Positions 49,555 through 57,413 of a DNA stretch of 64,000 nt are shown here, piece by piece. Both the position numbers and the translations under genes were made by a program. The DNA comes from an uncultured Clostridia bacterium (GTDB taxonomy: Bacteria; Bacillota; Clostridia; Christensenellales; UBA1242). The notes under the pieces are model-generated. The model ran no database searches. It saw only the letters and a program-made list of their open reading frames with translations, and was not told the DNA's origin. Location of the stretch: the NCBI GenBank assembly GCA_934757865.1, contig CAKVLS010000001.1:4027-68026 (forward strand), given 5' to 3'. Positions within the stretch are counted from its first letter, which is position 1, and each line of letters begins with the position of its first letter.

Positions 49555-51006
49555 ATGAAGAATTTTAACTTTAATCGAAAAAATAGCAGGGTTTGGCCTC
49601 TAATAATTATCTGCGTTATTCTTGCCTTTGCCATAGTGTTTGGCTGGGGTAAAGATATTGGTCATGCTTTGGGGCTTTTGCTTGCGGGAGCAACACCAGC
49701 ACTAATAGGAGCATTACTTGCTTTTATGTTCTATAGGTTTGTTAACCTCATCGAACAGAAACTTTTGAAAAACGCTTTCAAAAATAGCAAGCACGCTTTT
49801 GGTATCAAAAGAACAATATCTATAATTGTTGTTTTGATCATTATTCTTGGGCTTGCAGCATTTTTGATTTATCTATTTATTCCTAAGATGGTAGAGCTTA
49901 TCACTGAACTATACACCAATAGAAGCGAATATATTATCAAAACAAAAGATCAACTATCTACTTTCGTTAATGGCATTTTTGGTGCAGACCTTAGCCAAAG
50001 TGTAGTCGACTTTGTCGATAGAGTAGTAGATGCTATCAGCAATGTCTATAATAACGCATTGCCTAAACTTCTAGAGATTTCTACAACAGCTCTTAGCGTT
50101 GTAGGTATAGGTATCATTAGTATACTTCTTACCGTTTGGTTCATTAAGGACAAAGAAAAAATCTCAGGTTTCTACAAGAGATATGTATATTCTATATGCT
50201 CTAATGAGCAAGCTGATAAAGTTATGCACATAACTCAAAAATCAGATGAAATTCTATTTAACTACTTTATTAGTAAATTTATTGAAGTTGCAATACTTAT
50301 TGTACTTACAGGCTTCTTATATATGATCTTAGGTGTTCCTTACACTTGGGAACTTGCAATTATTATATCAGTATTTAACTTTATTCCTTATGTCGGCGTA
50401 TTCATTGGACTTGTTCCTGTTGTACTTATCACAATCATATTTACAACTATCGGCACAGCAATATATACAGTTATCTTCACAGCCCTAATATTCGCTTTAG
50501 TTACTGGCGTTGTTACACCATTTATTATTGGCTCAAAAATCAATATTAGCGGACTTGTCGTTGGTATTTCTATACTTTTAGGTGGAGCAGTGTTTGGTAT
50601 CCCTGGTATGCTATTCGCACCACCAGTAGTTGCAATCCTTGGTGTAATACTAGAAGAAAATATGAAAGAGCGTGAAAGACAAAAAGCACTTTTGGCAGAG
50701 CAAAATATCGCGATGTCAGGAGCTCCAAATGGCAAAACTGTTAGCGCTCAAACTGACACTTCAAAGCCTCAAGAAGAGAATAAAGAATCTCAAAAACTAG
50801 AGTTATCAAATAACGAAACTTTAGAAACTCAAAATCAAAATGCTGAGCCTAAGAAGAGAGCAAAAGCTGCCACAAAAACTTCTAAAAAGTCCGCATCACA
50901 AGCTAAGCCAAAAACAAATACAAGCAAGACAACAACTAAAAATGCATCTACAAAAACGGCTAAAAATAAGAGCCAAAAAGAAGAACCTCAAGAAGTGAAC
51001 AAATAG
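49555..51006 (+). CDS. AI-2E family transporter (PerM/YtvI-like) with Lys/Thr/Ser-rich C-terminal tail
   Basis: Multi-TM translation with the family-typical ...FNFIPYVG... and G.PG....P segments. AAGGAAA SD favours ATG 49555 (MKNFNF...) over the tracked ATG 49519. Confidence 0.85.
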   Translation: MKNFNFNRKNSRVWPLIIICVILAFAIVFGWGKDIGHALGLLLAGATPALIGALLAFMFYRFVNLIEQKLLKNAFKNSKHAFGIKRTISIIVVLIIILGLAAFLIYLFIPKMVELITELYTNRSEYIIKTKDQLSTFVNGIFGADLSQSVVDFVDRVVDAISNVYNNALPKLLEISTTALSVVGIGIISILLTVWFIKDKEKISGFYKRYVYSICSNEQADKVMHITQKSDEILFNYFISKFIEVAILIVLTGFLYMILGVPYTWELAIIISVFNFIPYVGVFIGLVPVVLITIIFTTIGTAIYTVIFTALIFALVTGVVTPFIIGSKINISGLVVGISILLGGAVFGIPGMLFAPPVVAILGVILEENMKERERQKALLAEQNIAMSGAPNGKTVSAQTDTSKPQEENKESQKLELSNNETLETQNQNAEPKKRAKAATKTSKKSASQAKPKTNTSKTTTKNASTKTAKNKSQKEEPQEVNK

Positions 51007-51168
51007 TCTCATTATATCAATATGTCGCTTTTAGGCACATTTAACGGCTCAAAATCGTGGATTTTATACTACTAGCTTCATTATATATTTATATTTATCA
51101 AAAGTCTTCACTACTTGTGAGCTAATATGAGGCAAAAAGATATTATTATTTAGAGTTATTAAATAAAC

Positions 51169-51202
51169 AAAAAAGAACTGATTATAGGCAGTTCTTTTTT
51201 GT
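51169..51202. terminator. bidirectional terminator hairpin, copy 1 of a 34-nt palindromic repeat
   Basis: 12-bp perfect stem aaaaaagaactg / cagttctttttt with an 8-nt loop, lying between convergent genes. The acyltransferase stop codon (51182-51184) sits in the loop. Confidence 0.8.
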
Positions 51203-52243
51203 AAGTCTTTGATATAGCTTATTAACAATGGTAGACATAATTATTACAACGGTAAGGCTAGTCAAAGTATATAGAAATTGATTGCTAATTATTCCAAAAA
51301 ATATCTCTTGAATTAGTCCGTGAAGCAAATATATTTCGAGACTAATGTTGCCAAGGAAGTCAAGTGTTGGACTTGACAAAGTAATCTTTTGGTTGATAGT
51401 TAATATTAGTGTCATAATCAAAATAGGCAACAAAAACTCTTTTATAATTGTAAATAAAATTTGTCCTTCACTAAGTGGCATTTGAATATCAATAAGCAGA
51501 ATAACAGTTACGACTATAATACCAATAAAATACCAAAAGTATTTGCTTAAAAAGTTGTTTATTTTTTGAGAAAGGTAGAAGTAAAGTATCCCAAAGAACA
51601 AACAATATATTGCTCGTATGTATAAAGAAACTTCTTCAAACTTATAGCTAAAAGCAAATAAAAAAGTTGCAAATGTAATTATAGTAAATATAGAAAATAT
51701 GGTAAAAAATACTTTTTCACTTTTGTTATATTTTTTGCAGATGATATGCGTTATGGCAAATATAAAATATATTATTAAAATGCTAGTTATGTACCATGAG
51801 TTGCTGTTGGCTCGTACAAAATCGTTGAAGGCATCTAGTCCAAGTCCTGCTGTGATGAATGTAATCGCATCATAAGATATTCCACGAGTAATGTCAGCTA
51901 TTATGTATAGTAGATTGATAAAAACATGTAATAGATACAACTTTGGGATTTTACTTTTTAGCAGATTTTTTGCATATCCCGGCCTTTTGCGGCTAATCAT
52001 GAGCCCATAGCCGGAGATGAAAAAAAACACCCCAACGCCAATACTACCAATATCATTAAGTATAAGACTAAGTACAGGTAAAGAACTAAAGGCATTATAT
52101 TTATAAGATATATGGTGCAAAAATATAAGTATAGCAAAAAGTCCTTTCAGTCCGTTTGTATCAGATTTTGTAAATGGTGCTACTGAGTTCGTTTTTGCGG
52201 CATTAGTCAGCAGTCCAATAATCAGCAGTGGATATATTAACAT
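51182..52243 (-). CDS. acyltransferase family 3 membrane protein (OatA/O-acetyltransferase-like, no SGNH domain)
   Basis: ~10 TM segments with the N-terminal ...GLFAILIFLHH... and ...VGVFFFISGYG... signatures of PF01757-type acyltransferases. AAGAGG SD before ATG 52243. Confidence 0.85.
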   Translation of the reverse strand: MLIYPLLIIGLLTNAAKTNSVAPFTKSDTNGLKGLFAILIFLHHISYKYNAFSSLPVLSLILNDIGSIGVGVFFFISGYGLMISRKRPGYAKNLLKSKIPKLYLLHVFINLLYIIADITRGISYDAITFITAGLGLDAFNDFVRANSNSWYITSILIIYFIFAITHIICKKYNKSEKVFFTIFSIFTIITFATFLFAFSYKFEEVSLYIRAIYCLFFGILYFYLSQKINNFLSKYFWYFIGIIVVTVILLIDIQMPLSEGQILFTIIKEFLLPILIMTLILTINQKITLSSPTLDFLGNISLEIYLLHGLIQEIFFGIISNQFLYTLTSLTVVIIMSTIVNKLYQRLTKKNCL

Positions 52244-52272
52244 ACGAAACCTCTTTATATTTAGAGTGTATC

Positions 52273-52310
52273 ACAAGAATACTTGTATTTGCAAATAAAA
52301 TACAAGAATA
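52273..52310. promoter_or_regulatory. operator-like inverted/direct repeats between the divergent acyltransferase and XRE genes
   Basis: 9-bp inverted repeat cttgtattt (52282-52290) / aaatacaag (52298-52306). acaagaata occurs twice (52273-52281, 52302-52310). Confidence 0.5.
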
Positions 52311-52326
52311 ATTGTATACTAACTAT

Positions 52327-52533
52327 ATGAAAAATTATTTTAGTGAAAATTTGAAATTATATAGAAAGCAACTAAAATTAAGTCAGTTAGAACTTGCGAC
52401 AAGAGTAGGCGTAACTCAGCAGTGTGTATCTGAGTGGGAAAATGGCAAAATAGAGCCAACGCTTACTTGCTTGTGGAAACTTGCTGATATTTTTGATATG
52501 CCTATTGATGAGCTTGTTGGTAGAGACGGCTAA
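52327..52533 (+). CDS. XRE-family helix-turn-helix transcriptional regulator
   Basis: ...LKLSQLELATRVGVTQQCVSEWENGKIEPTLTCLWKLADIF... is a classical Cro/C1 HTH. ATG 52327 is preferred over the tracked TTG 52312. No SD; TATACT lies exactly 6 nt upstream (possible leaderless mRNA). Confidence 0.85.
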   Translation: MKNYFSENLKLYRKQLKLSQLELATRVGVTQQCVSEWENGKIEPTLTCLWKLADIFDMPIDELVGRDG

Positions 52534-52654
52534 ATGATATTCAAAAAAAGTTGTATAAGAATAGATAATATTTATTGATTTTGTTAATAATTTGATTAAA
52601 ATTTTTTAATCAAAAAAATATGCAAATATTTTAATTTGAATAATGAATAGACAA

Positions 52655-52688
52655 AAAAAAGAACTGATTATAGTCAGTTCTTTTTTGT
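52655..52688. terminator. bidirectional terminator hairpin, copy 2 of the 34-nt palindromic repeat
   Basis: Identical to 51169-51202 except one loop base (t vs g). It lies between the convergent XRE gene and the 59-aa micro-ORF. Confidence 0.75.
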
Positions 52689-52805
52689 TGCCTAATGTTT
52701 ATTTTTATTTTGTTATTATATTTGCTATTTATTTTTTATTCTATAATTGATAGCAAGTTTTTTATGGCAATTTTGGCTGTCTTTTGTAATAATCTTTTTT
52801 TTGTA

Positions 52806-52985
52806 CTAGAATACTCTGTTGTTGCATGAGCAAGAGTTACAACCTTGAGGGTAGTCGTACCCAAAACCGCCTAGTGCAAGTAGGAGTAGTAGCAAGAAAT
52901 TAGTATTGGTGTTTAGGTTAGTGTCTGTTGCTGATGTGAAGATAGAGATGAGTAACACTAGTAGTATGTAAAGTTGATTATTCAT
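52806..52985 (-). CDS. hypothetical 59-aa membrane micro-protein with Cys-rich C-terminus (not in ORF track)
   Basis: GGAGG SD (52989-52993, minus strand) 3 nt before ATG 52985. Hand translation is MNNQLYILLVLLISIFTSATDTNLNTNTNFLLLLLLALGGFGYDYPQGCNSCSCNNRVF, ending at TAG 52806-52808. It has two hydrophobic segments and a downstream terminator (copy 2 hairpin). Confidence 0.5.
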   Translation of the reverse strand: MNNQLYILLVLLISIFTSATDTNLNTNTNFLLLLLLALGGFGYDYPQGCNSCSCNNRVF

Positions 52986-52993
52986 AAAACCTC

Positions 52994-53010
52994 CAAATAT
53001 AACATATTTG
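52994..53010. promoter_or_regulatory. 7-3-7 palindrome, candidate ArsR-family operator
   Basis: caaatat-aac-atatttg abuts the micro-ORF SD, within the divergent intergenic region shared with the ArsR gene. Confidence 0.4.
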
Positions 53011-53115
53011 TTTGTTTTTAGAGCATTTTCTACATTGTTTTCTTATATGATTATTTGAGCATATTTTGATTTTGTAAGATAATTAGTGTGTTAATATATT
53101 TTTTTGGGGGTAAAT

Positions 53116-53460
53116 ATGAACAACACTAAACTTATGACAATAAACGAAAATGACTATTCAAACTTAAAGTATTATATGCCGAGCGTAGAGGTTTTGCAAC
53201 AAATGGCAAATTATTTTAGCATTTTTTCGGACTCTACTAGGCTAAAAATTTTGTCTGCGCTATCTATAAAATCTATGTGTGTAGGCGACTTAGCTGCTGT
53301 GCTTAGTGCCAATCAGTCAACTATTAGTCATCAGCTAAAAGGTCTAAAAGCACTAAATGTAGTGAGAGATGTAAGACAAGGCAAAATTATTTTTTATGAA
53401 ATAAGCGACCAAAATATCAACGAAATTTTGCTTAACGGCGTTAATTATTTGATGTCCTAA
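53116..53460 (+). CDS. ArsR/SmtB-family transcriptional regulator
   Basis: ...FSIFSDSTRLKILSALSIKSMCVGDLAAVLSANQSTISHQLKGLKALNVV... is a winged-HTH ArsR signature. ATG 53116 is preferred over the tracked TTG 53104. No CXC (alpha3N) or His-rich alpha5 metal site is visible. Confidence 0.85.
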   Translation: MNNTKLMTINENDYSNLKYYMPSVEVLQQMANYFSIFSDSTRLKILSALSIKSMCVGDLAAVLSANQSTISHQLKGLKALNVVRDVRQGKIIFYEISDQNINEILLNGVNYLMS

Positions 53461-53520
53461 GCCAAAATATTTGCTAAAAATGTCCTTATGTGTTACCATA
53501 TAAATGGAGATGTGTGATAT

Positions 53521-54735
53521 ATGGAACAAAAAGACAAAAAATTAACTATCGCTGAGATGACAGATACTTTTTATCCAATAGTTAACGGCGTAGTAACTGT
53601 TGTTGATAAACTTACAACTGCACTGAACAAAACAGACAATGCGTTTGTTTGCACAACTCGTGGCGGAACTAAAAAGGGTAGAACAACTAAGACTTTCCCA
53701 TACGAGCTATACACATGCAGAGGATTCTTTGTCCCTGTCCAAAAAGACGGCTGGTCTTGTATTTCACTTGACCGCAAGTTTAGAAAAGCTGTCATGGCAA
53801 AAGATATTGATGTTATTCATTGCCATACAATTTTTAGACAGTTTGCCTTTGCTAAAAAGATAGCTAAGAAAAAACATGTTCCTATTATCATAACAGTACA
53901 CACACAATCTCATTATGACCTTAAAAAGTTTTTGAAGTTTGATTGCTTGGTAAAATCTGCTATGAAAAAACTTGTTAGAACATATAACCAAGCAGACCAA
54001 ATTTGGGCGCTTAACGAAGGTGTTAAACAATACCTAATCGGTTGGGGAGCAGACGAGAGCAAGATAAGAATCTTTGGCAATGCCTGTGATATAGTAGTGC
54101 CAGACAATAGAGAAGAGTTAATAAATAAGGTAAATAATTTACATGGACTAGCCGGACAAGAAAATGTATTCCTATATACCGGTAGACTAATGGAGTACAA
54201 AAATATATTTTTGATAGCAGATAGCCTAAAAATATTAAAAGACAAAGGTGTTAACTTCAAGATGATATATGTTGGCGATGGTTTAGATAGACCAAAGCTA
54301 GAACAAAAAATTAAAGACCTAGGTCTTGAAGAAAATGTTATCTTCACAGGTATGGTAACTGACAGAAATATGATGATAGGTTACTACCTAAGAGCTGACT
54401 TATTCTTATTCCCATCAGTATACGATACTGACGGACTAGTTAAGGCAGAGGCAGCTATATGCGACACCCCATCTGTTATGATAGAGGGGTCTATGGCAGC
54501 ATTAGGATTTAAGGATAGACAAGATATTTATACATGCAAAGAAGACGCACAAAGTTTTGCAGATAAGGTATATGAGATAATAAATGACAAAGAAAACTTT
54601 GAATTTGTTAAGAAAAATGCCAAAAACGCCCTATACAAGACTTGGGATCAAAATGCAAAGCGTGCGGTACAGATGTACAAAGACGCAATAAAAGAGTATA
54701 ACGAAAAGCATACAAGCGAAAAGGAGCATAAATAA
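53521..54735 (+). CDS. glycosyltransferase family 4 (GT-B, group 1)
   Basis: N-terminal ...TDTFYPIVNGVV... and C-terminal ...PSVYDTDGLVKAEAAICDTPSVM... (E-x7-E-like region) are typical of GT4 enzymes. Confidence 0.85.
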   Translation: MEQKDKKLTIAEMTDTFYPIVNGVVTVVDKLTTALNKTDNAFVCTTRGGTKKGRTTKTFPYELYTCRGFFVPVQKDGWSCISLDRKFRKAVMAKDIDVIHCHTIFRQFAFAKKIAKKKHVPIIITVHTQSHYDLKKFLKFDCLVKSAMKKLVRTYNQADQIWALNEGVKQYLIGWGADESKIRIFGNACDIVVPDNREELINKVNNLHGLAGQENVFLYTGRLMEYKNIFLIADSLKILKDKGVNFKMIYVGDGLDRPKLEQKIKDLGLEENVIFTGMVTDRNMMIGYYLRADLFLFPSVYDTDGLVKAEAAICDTPSVMIEGSMAALGFKDRQDIYTCKEDAQSFADKVYEIINDKENFEFVKKNAKNALYKTWDQNAKRAVQMYKDAIKEYNEKHTSEKEHK

Positions 54736-54737
54736 TT

Positions 54738-55505
54738 ATGATTGTTGATGACCTAAAATACAAAAGCATTTTGCCTTATAACAAAAAATACAACTATTAT
54801 ACACAGTTAGAGAGTATCGCAAGGTATCAATTTGCACTTGATTTTTTGAAGTCTAAGGGACTAAAAGATGTCCTTGATGTTGGCTGCTATAACGGCTTTG
54901 GGTGCGAGATTATGGCGGAAGGTGCTGAGAGTGTACATGGACTTGATATTAACAAAAGATATATCAATCTAGCCAACCTTTATAAAGAAAAGTTAAACTT
55001 AACCAACACTACTTTTGAGAGACTAGATGTCGGCAAAGAGAATATGCAAACTGACAAAAAGTTTGACCTTATTACATGCTTTGATACACTAGCACATGTA
55101 GATGACGACAAGGGTCTAATCAAAAGAATCTACAATAGACTAACAGATGACGGATATGCACTAATATCTGTTCCTTGCGAGAGATTTGAGCCTATGAAGC
55201 CAGACGGGACATCAGCTGTTGCTGGACACAAACATTTTTATGAAGCGCCTAAAATCAAAAAGATGTTTGTAGAAGAGGGCTTTGAGGTTGTAGACAGACT
55301 AGGACAAGCTACATCTAATGTACTACTTAACCTAGAGAATTTCATTATAAGAAGATATGACTATCCAGAAAGAAAAGTAAAGAGTTACCATGTGTACGAA
55401 AAGGAAAATATGCAGTACTTTGCTAGACTAATAGCATATCCTAATACGAGAGATATAGAAGATAGCTATAGCATATTCTTGATAGTCAAAAAAGCTAAGA
55501 AATAA
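54738..55505 (+). CDS. class I SAM-dependent methyltransferase
   Basis: Motif I VLDVGCYNGFG and post-I HGLDIN; motif II-like FDLITCFDTLAHV. Start lies 2 nt after the GT4 stop. Confidence 0.85.
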   Translation: MIVDDLKYKSILPYNKKYNYYTQLESIARYQFALDFLKSKGLKDVLDVGCYNGFGCEIMAEGAESVHGLDINKRYINLANLYKEKLNLTNTTFERLDVGKENMQTDKKFDLITCFDTLAHVDDDKGLIKRIYNRLTDDGYALISVPCERFEPMKPDGTSAVAGHKHFYEAPKIKKMFVEEGFEVVDRLGQATSNVLLNLENFIIRRYDYPERKVKSYHVYEKENMQYFARLIAYPNTRDIEDSYSIFLIVKKAKK

Positions 55506-55511
55506 TAATAA

Positions 55512-55542
55512 AAAAAGTCACTATATTTAGTGGCTTTTTTCT
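55512..55542 (+). terminator. rho-independent terminator after the methyltransferase gene
   Basis: agtcacta / tagtggct stem (one G-U), 4-nt loop, T6 tract. Confidence 0.75.
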
Positions 55543-55576
55543 TTTATAAAATATCACTTAGGTGTATAATAAAAAT

Positions 55577-57373
55577 ATGAATTTGCAAGAAAAGATAAAA
55601 AATCTACCACAAAATAGTGGTGTGTATATAATGAAAGACCTAAACGGCACAGTCATATATGTGGGCAAAGCCAAAGTCCTAAAAAACCGTGTTAGTCAGT
55701 ATTTCAATGGCTCAAAAAAGCTCCCAAAAGTTGCCGCAATGGTTAGCAAAATTGCAGACTTTGAGTACATAATAACTAATAGCGAACTTGATGCTTTAGT
55801 CTTAGAATGCAATCTTATCAAAAAATACCAGCCACATTATAATATCCTTTTGAAGGACGGCAAGAACTATTCTTATATAAGGATAGACACAAGAGATGAG
55901 TTTCCAAGATTAGAGGCTGTAAGGCATATCAAAAAAGACGGAGCTAAATACTTCGGACCTTACTTCAATGGAATAACTGCCAAAGAGCTAATCAAACTAA
56001 TATATTTTGCTTATCCTATAAGACAATGCACAACATTTTTTAGCAGCACCAAACACCTAAAAAGAGCATGTCTTAACTACTCAATGGGTCTATGTTGTGC
56101 GCCATGTATAGGCAATGTCACCAGCACAGAATATCATAGACATATAAATGAAATAATAGGCTTCCTTAACGGAAAAGACAACGCCGTATATGATATCATA
56201 AAAAATAAAATGACCAAAGCCGCAGAGCTTGAAAACTTCGAACTTGCAATCAAATTAAGAGATAAACTTTTACTTCTTGATAAACTAAATGACAAAGCTG
56301 TCAATGCCCAGACCAAAGAAAAAGATATGGATATTGTCGGTTCGCATTTTGATGAAGAAAATATCGTTATCACACTAATGGTAATTCGTAGTGGAAAAAT
56401 GATAGGCTCTACTAACTACTTATTTGACAATATGGACAAGAGCTACGAAGACACAATGTCTAGCTTTTTGATTAACTATTACACCGAGAACCCTGTATAC
56501 CCAAAAATTCTACTTTTGGAGCAAGAACTACCTGAGGAGCTTACGAATTTCTTTGAGTCCAAGTCAACAAAAATTGTAGTACCTAAGAGGGGAGAAAAGA
56601 CCCTTCTTATTAAGCAAGCCCAAAAGAACGCAACAGACTTCTTTATCAACAACACCAATAGGCTAAAAAAGAAGCAAAAAGAAACAATAGGTGCTATGCA
56701 AGACTTGCAAGAAAAACTGCATTTGCGTAATTTACCTATGCGCATAGAAGCATATGATATATCTAACACTAGCGGTACTAACTCTGTTGCTAGTATGGTA
56801 GTATTCATAGGCGGCGAAAAGGCAAGTAAAAATTATCGTAAGTTTAAGATTAAGACAGTTGTAGGGCCTAACGACTTTGCATCACTTCATGAGGTTGTGG
56901 GCAGGAGATTAGAAGAACTAAATGGCACAGATATTAGCTTTTCATCTGTTCCTAGCCTAATGCTTATAGATGGTGGTAAAGGCCAGGTATCTGCTACCCG
57001 TGAGCTTATCAAGTCGTACAATCAAGACATAGATGTTATAGGTCTTGCCAAACAAGAAGAAGAGGTCTTTGTTGAAGGTAGTCTTGAGTCTATCAAACTC
57101 CCAAAAGGCTCTTATGCACTTAGACTTTTGCAAGCGGTTAGAGATGAAGCTCATAGATTTGCTATTACCTTCCATAGAAGCATTAGAACAAAAAAACAAA
57201 CCGAAAGTGTTTTAGACAATATCCCAGGTGTAGGAAAAACTAGAAAAAGACAACTAATCGAAAAGTTTGGAAACGTTAACCGTATCAAAAAATGCACTAT
57301 ATATGACTTGATGCGTATATCAGGCATAACCGAAACTATCGCCCAAAATATTCTAAATACTCTAAATAAATAG
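55577..57373 (+). CDS. uvrC: excinuclease ABC subunit C
   Basis: GIY-YIG N-terminus (LPQNSGVYIMKD..G.VIYVGKAK.LKNRVSQYF), UvrBC-binding region, RNase H-like endonuclease domain and C-terminal (HhH)2. ATG 55577 is preferred over the tracked GTG 55562. Confidence 0.93.
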   Translation: MNLQEKIKNLPQNSGVYIMKDLNGTVIYVGKAKVLKNRVSQYFNGSKKLPKVAAMVSKIADFEYIITNSELDALVLECNLIKKYQPHYNILLKDGKNYSYIRIDTRDEFPRLEAVRHIKKDGAKYFGPYFNGITAKELIKLIYFAYPIRQCTTFFSSTKHLKRACLNYSMGLCCAPCIGNVTSTEYHRHINEIIGFLNGKDNAVYDIIKNKMTKAAELENFELAIKLRDKLLLLDKLNDKAVNAQTKEKDMDIVGSHFDEENIVITLMVIRSGKMIGSTNYLFDNMDKSYEDTMSSFLINYYTENPVYPKILLLEQELPEELTNFFESKSTKIVVPKRGEKTLLIKQAQKNATDFFINNTNRLKKKQKETIGAMQDLQEKLHLRNLPMRIEAYDISNTSGTNSVASMVVFIGGEKASKNYRKFKIKTVVGPNDFASLHEVVGRRLEELNGTDISFSSVPSLMLIDGGKGQVSATRELIKSYNQDIDVIGLAKQEEEVFVEGSLESIKLPKGSYALRLLQAVRDEAHRFAITFHRSIRTKKQTESVLDNIPGVGKTRKRQLIEKFGNVNRIKKCTIYDLMRISGITETIAQNILNTLNK

Positions 57374-57379
57374 ACTATA

Positions 57380-57413
57380 CTTCTGCATATATTACATTAT
57401 GCAGAAGTTTTTT
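57380..57413 (+). terminator. hairpin plus T-tract after uvrC that contains the next ORF's start codon
   Basis: cttctgcat (57380-57388) / atgcagaag (57399-57407) perfect 9-bp stem, then T6 (57408-57413). Confidence 0.6.
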
